Shown here in pieces: positions 23,338 through 25,217 of a stretch of 25,217 nt of DNA (position 1 is the stretch's first letter; every line of letters starts with the position of its first letter). The notes beneath the pieces were generated by a model. The model made no database searches, was not told the origin of the DNA, and worked only from the letters and a program-made list of their open reading frames with translations. A program made the position numbers and the translations under genes. The stretch covers positions 1 to 25,217 of the forward strand of contig CAZAPT010000040.1 in the NCBI GenBank assembly GCA_964487335.1, written 5' to 3'. Origin of the DNA: an uncultured Dehalococcoidia bacterium (lineage in GTDB: Bacteria > Chloroflexota > Dehalococcoidia > DSTF01 > JACRBR01).

Positions 23338-24780
23338 ATGATCGCCTCACCTCTCGCTCGCGCCTCGACCGACCTCGCCGCGCTCGAAGCGCGGGTCCGC
23401 GAGTTCGTCCGCCAACACGTTCCGTCGCTGGCGCAGTCGCGCACGGACGTGCTCGCCGTGTCCGGTGGCGCCGACTCCACCGCCATGACAGCGCTCCTGT
23501 GCGAAACCCGCATCGTCGAACCGTCGCGGTGCGTCGTCGCGCACTTCGACCATTGCCTCCGCGGCGCCGATGCTTCGGCGCGTGATCGCGAGACCGTGGC
23601 CGATCTGTGTGCGCGCTACGGCCTTCCGTTAGTCGAAGGTTCGTGGCCCGATCCGAGACGCAGCGAAGCGGAAGCCCGCCGGGCACGGTACGTGTTCCTC
23701 ACGGATGCCTGCCGCGATGCGGGCAGCGACACCGTCGTCACCGGCCACACCGCGGATGACCAGGTCGAGACGGTCCTCATGCACGCGATCCGTGGCGCCG
23801 GCCTGCGTGGCCTGTCAGGCATGGCGGCCGAATCTCGCGTACCGTTTGCTGCGCCGCAGGGCAGCCAGCCGCTGTTGCTGCTCCGACCGCTGCTCAATGT
23901 CAGCCGCACCGAGACCCGCGCCTACTGCGCCGCCCGTCGCCTCCGATTCGTAGACGACCCCACGAATGAAGATCGAAAGTTCCTCCGCAATCGCATCCGC
24001 GGCGACGTTATCCCCGCCCTCGAGGAGGCGGCACCGGACATCCGGCGACTCCTCATCGGCCTCGCCGAAACTGCACGGTGCGCCGCCGCGATCCTCGACC
24101 GGCTGGCAGCCCCTGCGATCCTCGAACGCGCCGGTACGCACGTCGCCCTCTCTCGCCCGCTCCTCTGCACGCTGCCACGACCGATCGCGTCTGCTACCTG
24201 TCGCCTCGCTGTCGAGGCGCTGCTCGGCGACACCCGTGACCTCGGTCGTCGGCACTATGAGGAGATGATCGCCGCCGCCTCGGCGCAGACCGGGTCGCGC
24301 TTCCTTCTGGCGCGCGGCATCGAGCTCATCGTGGACGCAGCGACCGTCACGCTCTTCGTAGGTCCGCTGCCCACGTGCGACATTCCGCCGCAATTCGAGT
24401 GCCCGCTCCCGTTCGTCGGCCCTGCGGGGGCATGGCGCCTCGATATCCGCTGCGCCGGTGCGTCAGTAGACGCGGACCGAGCTGGGGCCGCCTTCTCGGC
24501 CACCATCCACCTGCCTGAAGGCGCCGTACTGCGCGGCTGGCGCCCGGGCGACCGCATCACGCTGCCCTCGGGTAACCACAAGAAGCTGCAGGACGTCTAC
24601 GTTGACCGAAAAGTGCCTCGCCGAGACCGCCACGCCGCCCCCGTCATCGCCGTCGGCCGAGACGTCATTTGGACTCCGCTGGCACCAGTCCCCGCATCGC
24701 CCGTCGGCCCTTCCTCCGGCGCCCCGTGGCTCATCAGCTGGAGTCAACGCGAACCCGCCGACGAATCTGACCTTCCTTGA
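23338..24780 (+). CDS. tilS: tRNA(Ile)-lysidine synthetase
   Basis: PP-loop motif LAVSGGADSTAM, then AHFDHCLRG and TGHTADDQVETVLMH, plus the C-terminal TilS substrate-binding domain. Confidence 0.88.
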   Translation: MIASPLARASTDLAALEARVREFVRQHVPSLAQSRTDVLAVSGGADSTAMTALLCETRIVEPSRCVVAHFDHCLRGADASARDRETVADLCARYGLPLVEGSWPDPRRSEAEARRARYVFLTDACRDAGSDTVVTGHTADDQVETVLMHAIRGAGLRGLSGMAAESRVPFAAPQGSQPLLLLRPLLNVSRTETRAYCAARRLRFVDDPTNEDRKFLRNRIRGDVIPALEEAAPDIRRLLIGLAETARCAAAILDRLAAPAILERAGTHVALSRPLLCTLPRPIASATCRLAVEALLGDTRDLGRRHYEEMIAAASAQTGSRFLLARGIELIVDAATVTLFVGPLPTCDIPPQFECPLPFVGPAGAWRLDIRCAGASVDADRAGAAFSATIHLPEGAVLRGWRPGDRITLPSGNHKKLQDVYVDRKVPRRDRHAAPVIAVGRDVIWTPLAPVPASPVGPSSGAPWLISWSQREPADESDLP

Positions 24781-24806
24781 CGAGTCCCTTCAGCAGAGGG
24801 TATATT
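24777..24806 (+). promoter_or_regulatory. Candidate promoter P1 (TTGACG-N18-TATATT) overlapping the tilS stop. Its status is ambiguous because a terminator-like hairpin lies 50 nt downstream.
   Basis: Hexamers at 24777-24782 and 24801-24806. Confidence 0.3.
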
Positions 24807-24855
24807 CCACGGACGACTGACTGAGAGCCGGGCCGTGCGCGGTCCGCAGTCCGGT

Positions 24856-24880
24856 GGCCCGCCAGTGGCGGGTCGTTTCT
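24856..24880 (+). terminator. Putative intrinsic terminator of tilS: an 8-bp GC stem (GGCCCGCC / GGCGGGTC) with a 3-nt loop, followed by GTTTCT
   Basis: Stem 24856-24863 pairs with 24867-24874; T-rich tail 24875-24880. Confidence 0.4.
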
Positions 24881-25000
24881 ACGCCGGACGGGCGTCCAGA
24901 AGAGCCCGTTCCCTGCCGTCGGCGGGGTGTCGCAGCTAACCTGACGCACAGCCTTTCCAAGTCAACATCGGGGCGTCCATGCGCCGGCAGATCCCTGCGA

Positions 25001-25030
25001 TTGACACGCAGATTCCGCCGTCGCTAGACT
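25001..25030 (+). promoter_or_regulatory. Candidate rRNA operon promoter P2 (TTGACA-N18-TAGACT) about 120 nt upstream of the 16S 5' end
   Basis: Perfect -35 at 25001-25006 and a 4/6 -10 at 25025-30. It lies downstream of the tilS terminator hairpin and upstream of the boxA-like element. Confidence 0.5.
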
Positions 25031-25066
25031 CTCACGCTGTGCCCCGTCCAGACCGGGCGGGGAGCG

Positions 25067-25085
25067 CACCTTAACAATTGGATAG
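25067..25085 (+). promoter_or_regulatory. boxA-like rRNA antitermination element (CACCTTAACAATTGGATAG) in the rrn leader
   Basis: Core CTTAACAATT matches the bacterial boxA consensus (GCTCTTTAACAATTTATCA). It is positioned between the promoter and the 16S gene, as in characterised rrn leaders. Confidence 0.5.
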
Positions 25086-25146
25086 TGGTAAGAAGCTAGC
25101 GGGTGACGGTTCTCCGTTTGGAACTGACTCACTTCGGTGAGTTGAA

Positions 25147-25217
25147 TTTTCGGAGAGTTTGATCCTGGCTCAGGATAAACGCTGGCGGCGTGCCTTATGC
25201 ATGCAAGTCGAACGAGG
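25147..25217 (+). rRNA. rrs: 16S ribosomal RNA, 5' end only (gene continues beyond the window)
   Basis: AGAGTTTGATCCTGGCTCAG (the universal 27F site) starts at 25154, followed by GATAAACGCTGGCGGCGTGCCTTATGCATGCAAGTCGAACG. The mature 5' end is estimated a few nt upstream. Confidence 0.93.

Noticed and set aside
1-25217. CRISPR arrays, mobile elements, integrases, toxin-antitoxin or phage-defence genes
   Set aside because: No direct-repeat/spacer periodicity, no terminal inverted repeats, and no transposase, integrase or defence-domain signatures were found on either strand. The internal repeats seen are protein-coding (PT linker and flotillin repeats).

Overview
This window is a high-GC (about 68-70%) bacterial chromosomal segment. 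Codon usage and gene order suggest a Terrabacteria-type lineage, possibly Chloroflexota-like; the lineage call is low confidence. The content is mostly housekeeping: a dnaX-ybaB operon, argH-rpe, aspS, secG, lemA-htpX, a DivIC/FtsB-like gene followed by tilS, and the 5' start of an rRNA operon at the window end. Accessory-looking genes are interspersed: a large secreted protein with a Thr/Pro-rich linker (C-terminal part cut by the window start), a 7TM HD-GYP c-di-GMP phosphodiesterase, a flotillin-like protein carrying about five tandem N-terminal repeats, a HAD hydrolase next to a GT-C-like membrane glycosyltransferase, an HEXXH secreted protein, an orphan family-5 solute-binding protein, an AI-2E transporter, a small double zinc-ribbon ORF and an HtrA protease. 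The supplied ORF track only lists ORFs closed by a stop inside the window, so the first gene (minus strand, ATG at 2528, running past position 1) is missing from it; I recovered it by manual translation. No CRISPR array, tRNA, transposase, integrase or obvious defence or toxin-antitoxin module was recognised. The most unusual items are the repeat-expanded flotillin next to the HD-GYP sensor, the multidomain secreted protein, a missing canonical start codon for argH, and the dual-promoter/boxA leader of the rRNA operon.
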